NCBI GenBank assembly: GCA_012295275.1 | Contig: CM022667.1 | Span: 7,316,001-7,380,000, forward strand | DNA length: 64,000 bases | From: Chrysomallon squamiferum | Taxonomy: Eukaryota > Animalia > Mollusca | Direction of reading: 5' to 3' | In this document: piece after piece, positions 26,400-41,242 of the stretch | Position numbering within the stretch: position 1 is the first letter of the stretch | Layout of the letters: every line of letters starts with the position of its first letter | Notes under the pieces: model-generated | The model's database searches: none | Told to the model about the DNA's origin: nothing | What the model saw: the letters and a program-made list of their open reading frames with translations, nothing else | Translations under genes and position numbers: made by a program

Positions 26400-29300
26400 A
26401 CACACGTGTGTGTTTATGTGTAAAAAAAATTAATTTATAAATATGCTTCAAAGGGCAGTTTTAGAGTCATGAAAACATTCATCATCGTACTTTTCTGTAA
26501 TAATTCTTGCTATGGCCAATTGCAAACACCTTTCATCCATGAAATCCTTTGCTCAGAGTATGTAAGTGGGAAAGACAATTTTCAAATAATAAATATTGCC
26601 AATTACTGTCATATAACACATCAATTTCATGGCCCAGTCGGACTGACTTACTTAGAGAAATACAACCATTCTGTTCTTTGATCTTTCACCAATCAAAGCT
26701 CATTAATATGTAGACGGGAAGATACACCTCAGTGACTCACTGTAAAACATTGTAGTAATGTGAAAATGCAGTCAGCAAATCAAAGCTACTTTTCTTATTC
26801 AAAAATCATAAAGTTTCACCAAGTGGAAGAAACGTACTGGCTTGCTTGTTTGAAGTCTAACACAACACTCTGCAGCATCATGCTAATTTCTTAATGCCTC
26901 CTTATCAACAACAAAAAAAGAGGTATAAAAAAAAGATAATAAAAAATGCAACAGATTTGAACATAAAATGTTTTTTAAGAACATTAAAAAGAAGTTTTTC
27001 TTTCAACATTAATGTGCATATGTAGAGGCATTAATAAAATGAGAAAGCGTGTTTTAAATAACAATGACATCTTTATAAAAAGAATTTCATTTTATTTCTG
27101 TTTTCATTTCTTTTAGTTGGGAGGAGTACTGTAAATTTTGAAAAACAACTAGTTTACGTGTGAATTTAACTGTACATTTTGCACACACTTACAAACACAA
27201 ACTTGCTATAAACATGTATTTAGTTGTTTAGATCTCACATGAAGGTGTACTTCTTTTTGTGGATAGACATTTTAACAGACTTCACTTCACTATATACATA
27301 TTTTAAATATATTTAGAAATTACCTGTCATCTTGAAATTACTTTTGATATAAAATACATTTTACACTGAACTTTCACTACTGATAAATAACTTTTTCATT
27401 TATAACACTGCTAATGATGTTATAGTTCATTACATAATAATAATCACCCTCACTTAATTAAATAATAAAAAAGAAACATGAGAAAAGCTGTGAAAATGAT
27501 CAAACTATCGGGTTTCAAATCATTGTTCTGAAACACATCCTGACATTCACATTTCAAGTCCTCAGAGCTTCATTACACTTGCAGTAACTTCAATCACACA
27601 CAGACCTTTGTTGCAGTGTACTTCAAAGGAACAGTTAGAGAACTTCACTCAATTTGCGTCAAGTCCAGTTGAAAAGAAACACGATGTGAGCTGCAGATGT
27701 TCAAATTAAGAAATGTTAACTAATTTATAACCTGTACCACTGTTTAAAGTACAGCAGGCAGGTTATCAAAGAATATTCCTCAATGAGGCTGGTTATTTTT
27801 TTTATAAAGTTTTCAAAACAGTTCTCAAGGGAAAGGTTGGAGAAATCAACAAAGACCTTTTTGTGGAAAATGGTTTCTTTTATTGTAAAATGCTTTTCAA
27901 AAATATATTAATTTGAAATATTTGAATCAGAAATGTTTTATTAAAAATGTTTCCATTTTATTTTTCTTCACCTCATCATGTCTGTATTTATTTACTTATT
28001 GTTTGTTGTTTTATTTTTTTCACCCTACCCTGAACACATGTTAAAAATGCACAATTTAAAAATACTCCAAAATATGACAAACTTTTGTGTAGAATTCTTA
28101 AACAAGTTCAAACACTTTTATCATGCTCCATGTAGAAGAAAACCCACATAATTTAGTTTACAGAAACCATTCTGAGGTCAATGAATTTATTATGGCTTCT
28201 TTTTGCTTTTAGACTTTTTTACTTTTTGGTTCTAAATATTTCTAAATGTATATTATTCTAGCAATGTAATCTTTAACAGTTACTTATTTTTAATTTTAAA
28301 CTTTTTTAAATGTATGTTAACAATGTTTACTTATTTTAAATTTTACTTATTTTTTAACTGAGTTTTGTTGCTGACTACACTAATAGAAATGGTGGCTGTG
28401 AAAGGAAAGGACATGGTACATTAGTTTATTAACACAAATTACTTTATCGCCTGCTAATCTCATAAGATGAAGCTGCAGACAAAATGGCCTGAAGCATACA
28501 TAACAAAATGAAAAAAAAACATTGCTCTTTTTTTCAACAAACTATTAAAAATTATAAAATTTTCAAACTGAGCACTCAGACACAAGTTTTAAAATTAAAT
28601 AATCAAAGGAACTTTTTTCTTTCCTCTAGAGAGTTCAGCTTAAATCTTTAAATTATCATCTTGTCAAACTGCCATCTTCTAAACTGTGATAATTAAAATT
28701 CATAGGTTTTCTTTTCTCTGCTGCTTTACCATGAAGGACAATGAAAAAGTAACTGCCTAAAGGTCTGCAGCCTCCAAGAGTTAATCATTTCTATCAATGA
28801 GACAAATCTACTTGTCAGCAGGGCAGATTAAACAAATCTCCATGTAACACTTGGTCAAAGCTCATTTGTTGTGGGAAAGGAGAAACCAGTGTTTTTGCCA
28901 CAAGGTATAAAAATTAACAAGTAAATGTTTTTTTTAAGCATCTCTCTATTTACTTTTACCATTTCTCCTTATTTTAATGTGAGCTTATGAAGGAAATTTT
29001 TGTTTAAATAAATATTTACTAAAATGTCTTCAACTATCTCTTGATTTATAACAACTGAATTGTTTCATTATTTTTTATATTTCAGAGCACATTTTTACAA
29101 ATAACAAAATTTAATACAATATAGTGCAATACAATACAATATAGTACAGAACAACAGAATACAATACAGTACAGTACAGTATAGAACAGTACAGTATGAT
29201 ATGATACAATACAGTACAGTACAGTACTGATGGTGTAGTGTTGTGTGATGTTAATGTGTTATGTTGACAATGCAGTAGTTGTAATGTGATATTAAGTGTT

Positions 29301-29599
29301 ATGTTGTATCACTGGTGTTGTTAATGAAGTAGCTGATGGTGTAGTGTTGTATGATCTTATTTCCCTATTACTGATGTTGTAGTTGGTGATTTAGATGTAA
29401 GATGTGTGAGGCATGTGGTCATGTGGAAATATTGCATGTACACTATTAGCTGATCATTTATCACACAACTATTGATCAAGTCTTTGTTCTGTGAGAAGAA
29501 AAACATTTCACAGACATGATTATCAATGCTTAACTGGTGACAATAGCATATTAGCAAAATTGCAGACAAATTAAAAATTGAAATCTTTTGATGTGAAAA

Positions 29600-30620
29600 A
29601 GCCTCTGTGTGTGTTAATTGTGCCAGTTTATCTGCTTCGTTTGGGCTCTAGAGATGTCTTCAGGAAAACAGAACCTAACTGGTGCCTAACATTCAAAGAT
29701 GAAATGTTTCTTTGAAATCATATCTCTACTGGTGCTAATGGTGAAAACTCAATCAACAAGCGATCACAAAGTTCAAAGCTTTCTCACTGGACACTTTTGA
29801 AAAGATTGCTTGCTTAAGGCCTCGGCTTTGTAAATGCTTTGAAAATGTGCTTTTTTATGTTTCCTCAAAGGGCCCCTATCAGTTAGAGCCATCAGTAATG
29901 TCCAACTGGAAATAATTTTATTTTCATGATAACCTTTTGGATGTGCAAAAGCTATTAATTTGTGTGTTTATGGATTATGGGAAATGTTGTAAAGACCCTA
30001 TGGATCTCATAATTAGTTTGCACACTTGGTCCAAATCCAACTGCATCATTTGTGTTTCATAAACAAAAAAGTCCTTCCTGCTTATAAAAATATAATGAAT
30101 GATTTTTCTTTTTCCTTTTTCTTCTTCGCCTTGATCGATCTCATTGTTGCTTGATGTCTTGGCAGCTCTTGGTTACAAAGGCGACTTGTAAATGGGATCT
30201 GACGAGAAGAATTAGACTTTTCAAAGAACTCTGAGGAAAGCTTCTTGTTTGTATTTGTAATAGGTAATGGGCAGGTCTTTTGAAAGGAACTCTCTCTGCT
30301 GGCTCGGATAAAAGAGTTATCTTTTAAAAGAGGATCTCAGCTCGTATTTCCTTTACCACAGAAAGCTCATTTCATGTTTTTCATCATATAAAAGGCCAAA
30401 GAGTTGTTAGGAGACTATGAAACGTGCCTTTTTCGCTGCTGCCATCAAACAGTTAAGGTATCAGTAGAGCTATAATTACGTCTGTGTTCCATGTTTACTG
30501 CCAGTAACACAACGCCTTTGATCAGCGACTAAGCACACAAAGCCAGTCTTCTTGATACACTACTTGTTTTACAACTTTTCAATTTGCCACCAAGCAAAAA
30601 AATACACTGTCTCGCGTAAC
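29600..30620. promoter_or_regulatory. intronic CpG-retaining candidate enhancer with TCF site cluster
   Basis: TCF-type sites at 29692-29698, 29710-29716, 29772-29778, 29837-29843, 30220-30226 and CCTTTGAT 30515-30522. The block is non-repetitive and keeps multiple CpGs, unlike its flanks. Confidence 0.45.
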
Positions 30621-32261
30621 TTAACATAAAAAAAATACAATTAACAACTAAAAAGATTTTGATAAAAGAAAACATAGCAGAAATTACACATTATTTTTGT
30701 CATTTTCTTTGCATTTATTTAATTACAGGCTAGGTCATCTAAATAGTCTTTGTTTGTTTCTTCTTTTTTGTTGTTTTTTTTAATTGAAAACGGTGTGTGG
30801 CTTTGTATGAACTAATTTTTTGTTTCTTTTTAATTTATTTTATCATTATTCTACATGGAATGTTGCAAATAGTTTTTCTAAAATTAGAAATAATCATGAA
30901 TTAATTTTCTTCAAGACTATTAAAACATTTTTTATCCAGATTTCATTTGTATACATAGATCTAGAGAAAGATTTAAAATGGTAATTTTTAAATAGTTTAT
31001 ACAATTCTTCTTGATACAACCATTTCAAAACAAACAACAACCATCTGTTTGTACAGATAAAGTTTTAAAATTATGTGTCTATCATTTGTACTATTTAAAT
31101 AGCTTTTATAACCTGTATTATTATATTGCTCCAACATGTATATTTGTTTGTTTGTGTGTGTGTGTGTATCTTATGTATGTGATGTGTGTATGTGTGTGTA
31201 TGTGTTACATTATGTATGTGGTTTGTATGTGTGTTTGTATGTGTGTTGTGATGTGTGTTGGTGTGTGTACATACACGTATGTGTATGTCTGTCTGTCTGT
31301 CTACCTGTAATAACTAACTGATAATAATTTAATTTATTTGTTAAAACTATTTATATATAATATTTAAAAGTTTAGTTAATTATTTGTAGGTAAGATGGTG
31401 TAGTTCTGTTATGAAATACAAGGTGTTAAATTACACTGGACTGGTAGTTACACATCATATATCACAGTTCAGTGTTAATTAAACTATCTCCTTCACCCAG
31501 ATCCCTATTCAGAAACCTTTCTGCATCAACAGATAAACTGTACTGTCCACTCAACTGCCCATCACTTGACCACAAAGTGGACTTGACTATATGCCCAAGG
31601 CCTGGAATAAAGCAACCAATGTCAGCTCAGAAATACAAGTGTCAACATATTACAATCTACCGTTCACCTGCAGGCCGTTTAATTCAGCAACCTTTCATCT
31701 TGGTGGGCAGCCCTCCCCAGCAGCTAGCAAACCTTTTGATGTGGGGATTTAATTTCAACCTTTCCTTTTAATGAATGTGTTGTCACCTTCTCCTGTGGGT
31801 CACGGGAATCGCTGATAATTACTTGTAAGTTGTCCCCCATACTACTGCTTGTCACTCAACTGATGACAATAAATCAAATTGCACTGAGCAATAATTGGAT
31901 TCTCCACAGATTAAAAATAGAAAATTTAACAAAAGTGGTAACTGTGGAAGTATCACATGTCAGGTCTCTGCTTAATTACTGCCTGTATGAGTGGTCTAAA
32001 TATACAACAGTGACAAACATTTCATAAAACATTTATTACAAAATAAATTTCTGCTAGGTTTTTAATTGCATTATGTGATTTGTTATATCTCTCTGTTTCT
32101 GTTGTTTAATTCTTTATATTTTTTATCAACTATAGAATTTATTTCTTTAATGGTTTTAAAATATGTTGTTAATTTTTATATGTATTATTATTATCAAATA
32201 ATATTTAATTTATTAAGGATTTTGGCATGAAATTTTAACATATCTGTAACACTGATTGAGG

Positions 32262-32741
32262 TATAAATGTTCTGTGACAGTGAGTGAGAAAATGTGTGAC
32301 ATCTGAGATATAAATGTTCTGTTACATCTGAGTGAGATATAAATGTTGTATGACACTGAGTGAGATATAAATGTTCTTTGACACTGAGTGAGATATAAAT
32401 GTATGACACTGAGTGAGATATAAATGTATGACACTGAGTGAGATTATAAATGTTCTGTGACACTGAGTGAGATATAAATGTTCTTTGACACTGAGTGAGA
32501 TATAAATGTATGACACTGAGTGAGATATAAATGTTCTGTGACACTGAGTGAGATATAAATAGTGTGTGACATCTGAGTGAGATATAAATGTTGTATGACA
32601 CTGAGTGAGATATAAATGTTCTGTGACACTGAGTGAGATTATAAATGTTCTGTGACACTGAGTGAGATATAGATGTTGTATGACACTGAGTGAGATATAA
32701 ATGTTCTGTGACACTGAGTGAGATATAAATGTTCTGTGACA
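32262..32741. repeat. ~25-31-bp minisatellite, ~16 copies
   Basis: Unit GACACTGAGTGAGATATAAATGTTCTGT. Confidence 0.93.
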
Positions 32742-32928
32742 AGATGAACAAACTGGAGTTGTCATCTCAGCCAATGTGCAAAACTGAGCAACCACATCAG
32801 CTACAACAACAACAACCAATTCACTGATTTTACAGCAACTACTTCAGCATCAAAGAAATATCCTTAGTGAAGAGGTAACAGGGTTCAAACTCACCAGGGG
32901 GTACTTTTGTTGGGAGATTTCATAAACT

Positions 32929-33217
32929 GCAGTGTGATATTAAAACTGCCTCTTAGAGGAGTCAGACTTGATTAAATGTTAACTTGTTTGTTATGTAGGC
33001 AGTGTGATATTAAAACTGCCTCTTAGAGGAGTCAGACTTGATTAAATGTTAACTTGTTTGTTATGTAGGCAGTGTGATATTAAAACTGCCTCTTAGAGGA
33101 GTCAGACTTGATTAAATGTTAACTTGTTTGTTATGTAGGCAGTGTGATATAAAAACTGCCTCTTAGAGGAGTCAGACTTGATTAAATGTTAACTTGTTTG
33201 TTATGTAGGCAGTGTGA
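32929..33217. repeat. near-perfect 70-bp tandem repeat, ~4.1 copies
   Basis: Unit GCAGTGTGATATTAAAACTGCCTCTTAGAGGAGTCAGACTTGATTAAATGTTAACTTGTTTGTTATGTAG. Confidence 0.96.
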
Positions 33218-34716
33218 AAAGTTTGGGAAATCTGTTATCAGGACATTTAATAGTTTTTTTGTTTCTTTTTTAAATTATTAATCTGAACAGCATGTTTCTT
33301 GTACACATTACATTCCAAAGTATAATCTCTATAAAACATCCACCTGTGTTATCAGGACATAATAATGTAAAAAATAAATCAACAGTGAATATATTTGAAT
33401 AGTGTGAGTGTTCTGATAAATTACTCATGTAAACCCTGTTATCCATCCACCTGACAATTCCTTCTTTTTGTACACACAGCTGATATTCATTAAATGTAAC
33501 CTCTAGTAAAGGTTACCTGTATAATCAGAACACTGACACAGACATTAAACAGTAAATGTTTAAAAATCAAATTGTTCACATTTATAACATACTGATAAAA
33601 TTATTCATTTTAAATGACAACGGCAAGTCTAGATCTTGTGGTCATGCATGAATGACTTTTCCTTTCTTATCACAGAAGTTGGTGAGATGCTTGTAGCAAA
33701 CAAACAGATGGACATCACTTTTCAGTGACAGAATTTCACACCCCAGTGGTCACAACTGACATATCATGTTGTATCAAATCTCACTGAACAACTTTTTTCA
33801 GTATCACACATTATAACTGGAAGATGAATGAGTGGATTCAAGAAAGAAAAAAAAAAGACAAATGATAAAAGAATAAAAAACAGCTTTTGACCTTCAAATA
33901 ATAAATAAAAAGCCAAGACAATAATAAAATGTAGCAGTAAAAAGAGGTTTTGATTTTTTAACCTTCCAAAAATAAAAGGAATAAATTACAAATTAAAAAA
34001 TGAAATAAAATACAGCATTGAAGAAAAAGTTAACACAATACAATAAAATTAAATTCCATAAAAAATATATAACACCCAGAAAACAAAATAAAATAAAACA
34101 AAATAAAATAAAATGTATAAAATCATACTTTAAAATATACCAAAAAAACCTGCCTTAGAAGTATGACAACAAATATTAGAAACTGCAAATTAAAAAAGGT
34201 AGCTTTGACTGTGTGGAAAAAATCAAACAAAAGAGGACAGAAAAATTGCATTAAACAACAAAGAAAACTACTGAAATAAAAACTGTGATCCATAACAAAG
34301 CATTTAAACAAATAAAAATGTACAAGCCATGACTAAGTAATATTTACTGATAGCTGTCTTGCATTGTTTCATTATTTCCAAAAAGTAACTGTTTTTAAAC
34401 AAACCAAATGTAAAAGTAACCAAGTAAATTCAATTAGTTATCACTGAGTCCAGTCTTAGACAGACATTTAGTAGTAGGAATAATCAATAAAAATATGGTC
34501 TTTGGGTGAGAAATCGCTGACTGAATGAATTAAACACTGGACCTGGATGTAATAAAACCAGTACAAGTAACCAGTCAGTGTAAAACAATAGGATACATGA
34601 GCTGGAATGGGAAACTGGTGTAATGGCTTCAGCCTGGGTGGAGAATGACAAAATAAAATTGCATGACAACCCTGTCAGAAAATATACAGACACATTAAAA
34701 ACAGCTAAACAACAGC

Positions 34717-34875
34717 TTTATCATGTATTATTCACAAATGGTTTAAAAACTGTGAGACTAAAATTTATCATGTATTATTCACAAATGGTTTAAAAACTGT
34801 GAGACTAAAATTTATCATGTATTATTCACAAATGGTTTAAAAACTGTGAGACTAAAATTTATCATGTATTATTCA
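34717..34875. repeat. ~47-bp tandem repeat, ~3.3 copies
   Basis: Unit TTTATCATGTATTATTCACAAATGGTTTAAAAACTGTGAGACTAAAA. Confidence 0.9.
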
Positions 34876-35169
34876 GTATTTATGAAATATCAGCATCACT
34901 CTTATTCACTTCAGACTTATATACCAGGTTTTCATAAAATAAATAAATAAATATTCTATAACTTGGTGAAATGTGGCTATTTTTTAAATAAATAAATTTC
35001 TGTATGTTCAAAAGCTATATAACCTGTCTATGATTGATACCACTTTTTAAAATTTAAATTAATGCTTTTAAATTTGTTCTGAGTCATGTTTTATAAAAGA
35101 GCAAACCAATGAAGCTGATAGAAAACCATAAACTACAACTACCACAACAACACAGGTGTCCTGTCACTT

Positions 35170-35490
35170 AATCCTTTCAATTAGGGCAGCCGCATTTCCT
35201 TTCTTTACAGTAGTTTAAGATGAAGATCGCAATCTCTTTGAAAACAAGAGACTTTCCAATCCCCGGTTTCGAGGTTGCCCTGGTTGCCGCCAAATTTCCT
35301 TCTTTTGCTGCAGTCAGCCTTGAAATCCAGTCACTGGTGTTTGCCAAGTTTGTCTTCACTGATTCCCTGCCTTGATCTCAGCACGCACAGCTCAGTTTGT
35401 CCCTCGTCCTCTCAGTACTGGCCCTGTGGTAATTCCCTCCGCAAACACTGCAAATCCTCAGTTCAAGTTAGCCAGTTCAAAGCTAAACTC
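35170..35490. promoter_or_regulatory. intronic GC/CpG-retaining island with TCF and Helper motifs
   Basis: CTTTGAA 35236-35242, GCCGCCA 35286-35292, TTCAAAG 35476-35482, and several CpGs within 300 bp. Confidence 0.4.
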
Positions 35491-35499
35491 TGCTCAGCA

Positions 35500-36803
35500 A
35501 AAACACTTTATAAACCTTTTCAGTATATATCTGTAACAAGTGTAAACAACACTTTGTAAACCTTTTCAGTATAGCTCTGTAACAAGTGTAAACAACACTT
35601 TGTAAACCTTTTCAGTATAGCTCTGTAACAAGTGTAAACAACACTTTGTAAACCTTTTCAGTATAGCTCTGTAACAAGTGTAAACAACACTTTGTAAACC
35701 TTTTCAGTATAGCTCTGTAACAAGTGTAAAAACACTTTGTAAACCTTTTCAGTATATCTGTAACAACTGTAAAAAACACTTTGTAAACCTTTTCAGTATA
35801 TCTGTAACAACTGTAAACAACATTTTGTAAACCTTTTCAGTATATCTCTGTAACAAGTGTAAACAACATTTTGTAAACCTTTTCAGTATATCTCTGTAGC
35901 AAGTGTAAAAAAACACTTTGTAAACCTTTTCACCATATATCTGTAACAAGTGTAAACAACACTTTGTAAACCTTTTCAGTATGTCTCTGTAACAACTGTA
36001 AAAAACACTTTGAAAACCTTTTCAGCATATCTCTGTAACAAGTGTAAACAACACTTTGTAAACCTTTTCAGTATATCTCTGTAACAATTGTAAAAAAGAC
36101 TTTGTAAACCTTTTCAGTATATCTCTGTAACAAGTGTAAACAACACTTTGTAAACCTTTACAGTGTATCTCTGTAACAAGTGTAAACAACATTTTGTAAA
36201 CCTTTTCAGTATGTCTCTGTAACAACTGTAAAAAACACTTTGAAAACCTTTTCAGCGTATCTCTGTAACAAGTGTAAACAACACTTTGTAAACCTTTTCA
36301 GTATATCTCTGTAACAAGTGTAAACAACACTTTGTAAACCTTTTCAGTATATCTCTGTAACAAGTGTAAACAACATTTTGTAAACCTTTACAGTGTATCT
36401 CTGTAACAAGTGTAAACAACATTTTGTAAACCTTTTCAGTATATCTCTGTAACAAGTGTAAAAAACACTTTGTAAACTTTTCACTATATATCTGTAACAA
36501 GTGTAAAAAACGCTTTGAAAACCTTTTCAGTATATCTCTGTAACAACTGTAAAAAGCACTTTGTAAACTTTTCACTATATCTCTGTAACAAGTGTAAAAA
36601 ACATGTTGAAAACCTTTTCAGTATGTCTCTGTAACAATTGTAAAAAAACACATTTTATAAACCTTTTCGGTATGTCTGTAATAACTGTAAAAAACACTTT
36701 GTAAACCTTTTCAGTATGTCTCTGTAACAACTGTAAAAACACTTTATAAATCTTTTCAGTATGTCTCTGTAACAACTGAAAACACTGTAAACCTTTTCAG
36801 TAT
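35500..36803. repeat. ~39-42-bp minisatellite, ~31 copies
   Basis: Unit AACACTTTGTAAACCTTTTCAGTATATCTCTGTAACAAGTGTAAAC. Confidence 0.95.
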
Positions 36804-36806
36804 GAC

Positions 36807-37948
36807 ATGACTTAAATAAAACCTACATAGTCATATATGACTTAAATGAAACCTAGTCATATATGACTTAACTGAACATACAGTGACATTACTTAAATTA
36901 AACCTACACAGTGATATATGATGTAAATAAAACCTACATGCAGTGATATCTGTATTGAACTTACACACAGTGATGTATGACTTAAATAAAACCTATACAC
37001 ATTGATGTATGATAAATTAAACCTATACAGTGATATGACTTAAATAAAACCTATACACATGATGTATGACAAATAAAACCTACACACATGATGTATGACT
37101 TAAATAAAACCATACACATTGATGTATGACTTAAATAAAACCTACATGCATGATGTATGGCTTAAATAAAACCTATACACATGATGTATGACTTAAATAA
37201 AACCTATACATATTGATGTATGATAAATTAAACCTATACAGTGATATGACTTAAATGAAACCTATACACATGATGTATGACAAATGAAACCTACACACAT
37301 GATGTATGACTTAAATAAAACCTACACAGAGTGATATGACTTAAATAAAACCTACACACATGATGTTTGACTTAAATAAAACCTATACACATGATGTATG
37401 ACTTAAATAAAACCTACACAGAGTGATATGACTTAAATAAAACCTACACACATGATGTTTGACTTAAATAAAACCTATACACATGATGTATGACTTAAAT
37501 TAAACCTATACAGTGATATATGACTTAAATAAAACCTATACACATGATGTATGACTTAAATAAAACCTATACATATTGATGTATGATAAATTAAACCTAT
37601 ACAGTGATATGACTTAAATGAAACCTATACACATGATGTATGACAAATGAAACCTACACACATGATGTATGACTTAACTAAAATCTACACACATGATGTA
37701 TGACTTAAATAAAACCTACACAGAGTGATATGACTTAAATAAAACCTACACACATGATGTTTGACTTAAATAAAACCTATACACATGATGTATGACTTAA
37801 ATTAAACCTATACAGTGATATATGACTTAAATAAAACCTATACACATGATGTATGACTTAAATTAAACCTATACAGTGATATATGACTTAAATAAAACCT
37901 ATACACATGATGTATGACTTAAATAAAACCTACACACAGTGATACATG
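36807..37948. repeat. ~28-31-bp minisatellite, ~37 copies, abutting the previous array
   Basis: Unit ATGACTTAAATAAAACCTATACACATGATGT. Confidence 0.95.
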
Positions 37949-38554
37949 AGGGACATATTCAATGATTAACATCACACAGGTCTCAGTGCCTACATTACAC
38001 TCACCTCCTTCATTTTTCAACAACTCTCAGTTGTGACCTTTCAAAAATAATTTACATCCCTGACTGCCAACATGGTGAAATGTCAGGTTCTAGGGTGTGT
38101 AACTCACATGAAAGCTTGTATTTTGTATATAATGTTATAATCAGTTGATTAAATGTAACGTATAGGATATGTTATACAATGATCATGCCACCCAGTTTAA
38201 TATTCACACACAGATATTTACTTTACCACTGACTGACAAACTGACCAGAGAAGAAGACTTCACATGAACTCACTCAGTGATCTCTGCCAGGAAACAAAGA
38301 TAAAGAAATATTTTGAAACAAAAACATTTACTCCACATTTATACATCCAGTGTAAGTCTTACAATATTTGTTGTTTTGTCTACAGCAAGTAAGTAGAATT
38401 CCACACAGTAAACATATTATACATACGAAGTAAGTGGAATATCACTCTTTTGATCTTCATAGTATCGAATTTCTCACATTCACAACAAATGCCATGTAGT
38501 GTTCACCATATGAACTGTCTGATATATAAAACCATGGACTACATGATATTTACA

Positions 38555-38750
38555 ATATGGACTATGTGATATATACAATATGGACTATGTGATATATATA
38601 CAATATGGACTATGTGATATATACAATATGGACTATGTGATATTTACAATATGGACTATGTGATATTTACAATATGGACTATGTGATATATATACAATAT
38701 GGACTATGTGATATATACAATATGGACTATGTGATATTTACAATATGGAC
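38555..38750. repeat. 22-24-bp minisatellite, ~9 copies
   Basis: Unit ATGGACTATGTGATATWTACAAT. Confidence 0.93.
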
Positions 38751-39362
38751 CCAGCACTCCTCAGTTTGACACATTACATCTACATTAATTTTTACTAAAT
38801 TACACTAAAATATATTGACATATGCCAATATATACTGAAATAACCAACATGTAACAAATACTCTAATATTTATATAAACCAATATATGTCTCACACATAT
38901 CACTGATATGATCTTTCAGAGAATGGTTTATATGTTTAATGTCTTTTAGCTACTCATTGCAGTATTTTCTCTAAAAGAGTGAATTCCTCATTTAAACTGT
39001 TCAAACATTTCTATGTTGATAAAAAAAATGTTTTTACCTTTAATTAATCTTTGTATTTTCTGTCTTACTATGAAACATTTCAAACAGAAGTTTGAGAAAA
39101 AAAAAGAAACATAAAAATGCTTGAACAGACAGTCAAACAAACATTTCAGGACATTTTTTAAATCAAATCCTTTGACAACAAACATAAAAACAGAGTCAAA
39201 AAGCCAACTCAGTACCAGTCATTTGAAACTGAACCCTTCCTGTACAATGGTAGCCATACTGAAGCAATTAAAGTAACATAAAAGTAGAAATGTATTTCAC
39301 TTCAAAGCAGTTTCTCTTAGTACATGTGACCCAAGTCTCAGACATCACCACAAGTCTCTGAC

Positions 39363-40169
39363 TGTGTAAGTATAATATGTAAGTCACTATAAATATCTGG
39401 TTGTGTAAGTATCATATGTCAGTCACTATAAATATCTGGTTGTGTAAGTATCATATGTCAGTCACTATAAATATCTGGTTGTGTAAGTATCATATGTAAG
39501 TCACTATAAATCTATGGTTGTGTAAGTATCATATGTAAGTCACTATAAATCTCTGGTTGTGTAAGTATCATATGTAAGTCACTATAAATCTATGGTTGTG
39601 TAAGTATCATATGTAAGTCACTATAAATCTATGGTTGTGTAAGTATCATATGTAAGTCACTATAAATCTATGGTTGTGTAAGTATCATATGTAAGTCACT
39701 ATAAATATAAATCATATGTCACTATAAATCTCTGGTTGTGTAAGTATCATATGTATCACTGTAAGTATCATATGTAAGTCACTATAAATCTATGGTTGTG
39801 TAAGTATCATATGTAAGTCACTATAAATCTATGGTTGTGTAAGTATCATATGTAAGTCACTATAAATCTATGGTTGTGTAAGTATCATATGTAAGTCACT
39901 ATAAATCTATGGTTGTGTAAGTATCATACTGTCAGTCACTAGAAATCTATGGTTGTGTAAGTATCATATGTAAGTCACTATAAACTGTCAGTCACTATAA
40001 ATCTCTGGTTGTGTAAGTATCATACTGTCAGTCACTATAAATCTCTGGTTGTGTAAGTATCATACTGTCAGTCACTATAAATCTATGGTTGTGTAAGTAT
40101 CATACTGTCAGTCACTATAAATCTATGGTTGTGTAAGTATCATACTGTCAGTCACTATAAATCTATGGT
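39363..40169. repeat. ~39-bp minisatellite, ~20 copies
   Basis: Unit TGTGTAAGTATCATATGTAAGTCACTATAAATCTATGGT. Confidence 0.95.
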
Positions 40170-40407
40170 GAAACTGGGGTGAAAAAGGTGTAAGCTGATA
40201 AACCGATAATCTACCTGATAAAAGCTCACAGGAGTCAAAGGCAGAAGAAGATAACTGAAGAATCACTTGAAATATCTTCACTCTGGGATTTCTTTCAAGA
40301 ATTAAAGTGAGTACTTCACAACCACAAAAATTTCCCACTCTGTAATGATCAGTTTAAACACAACTTTATATTTTTGTTTTTCTGTATAATTTTATATTTG
40401 TGTATGT

Positions 40408-40449
<42 letters not shown>

Positions 40450-41242
40450 TTTAAAATGATTAAAATAACAGAATTCTATTAGTCTGAACACAGTAGTCAA
40501 ATGAGGATGGGACTGAACATTCTGAGTTTACCAGGCATTATTGTCTCTTACAGTCTGTGAAGTTAGAAAAGTGCACATTTTGGGAAAACTGGAACTGAGA
40601 GAGAGACATAAATAAATAATGTTTCAGCTTGTTCCCTGGGCTTGAGGAAAACTCATGAAAAAGTCAGCAGGTATCACATATCACAGTGACTCATCACAAA
40701 CACAGAGATGAAAGAAAATGAGAGAATCGTGAACAGTTAATTCATAAATAATTACAACATACCCTCTTTTAAACCTGCACAGAGGAACTTCCATGGTTTT
40801 TGATGATGCTGTTGTTTTTTTTGTTGTTTTTTTTGTTATTGCTGCTAGTTGTTGGAGATTTTTTGTTTTTATTTTGATGTTTTATTATTGTGATTTGTAA
40901 GGCTTTGTTTTTATATTTGATATTCTGTTGTTAGTTGAAAGGCTTTGGTTCTGTTGCTGTTCTCTTTCTTCTTCTTAAGGCTTTCTACTTGTTTTGTTGT
41001 TGTTGCTGTTTTTGTTGTTGTGTTTGTTGTTGTTGATATTTTTTAACATAAAGCCACATTTTGAACTGTGGTGGAATGATTCTTTCCAAATAACCAGTTT
41101 CTTAGGAACTGTTTGTCTTAATTTTATATTGCTTCAGTTTTGGTTTGGGGCTAATTCTTTTTACAAGGAAGCTTGAATAATTTAAGTAGAGAAACTTATA
41201 TAAATTTCGACAGTTTGATTGACTCATCAAATTAATAAATCC

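Noticed and set aside
32929-33217. Small stems in the 70-bp unit (GGCAGT/ACTGCC, CCTCT/AGAGG) as a structured repeat RNA
   Set aside because: The stems are only 5-6 bp and overlap. Near-identical copies provide no covariation support.
35177-35559. ORFs on both strands over the GC-rich island
   Set aside because: There are no compatible splice sites and no similarity I can recognise, so I treated it as regulatory.
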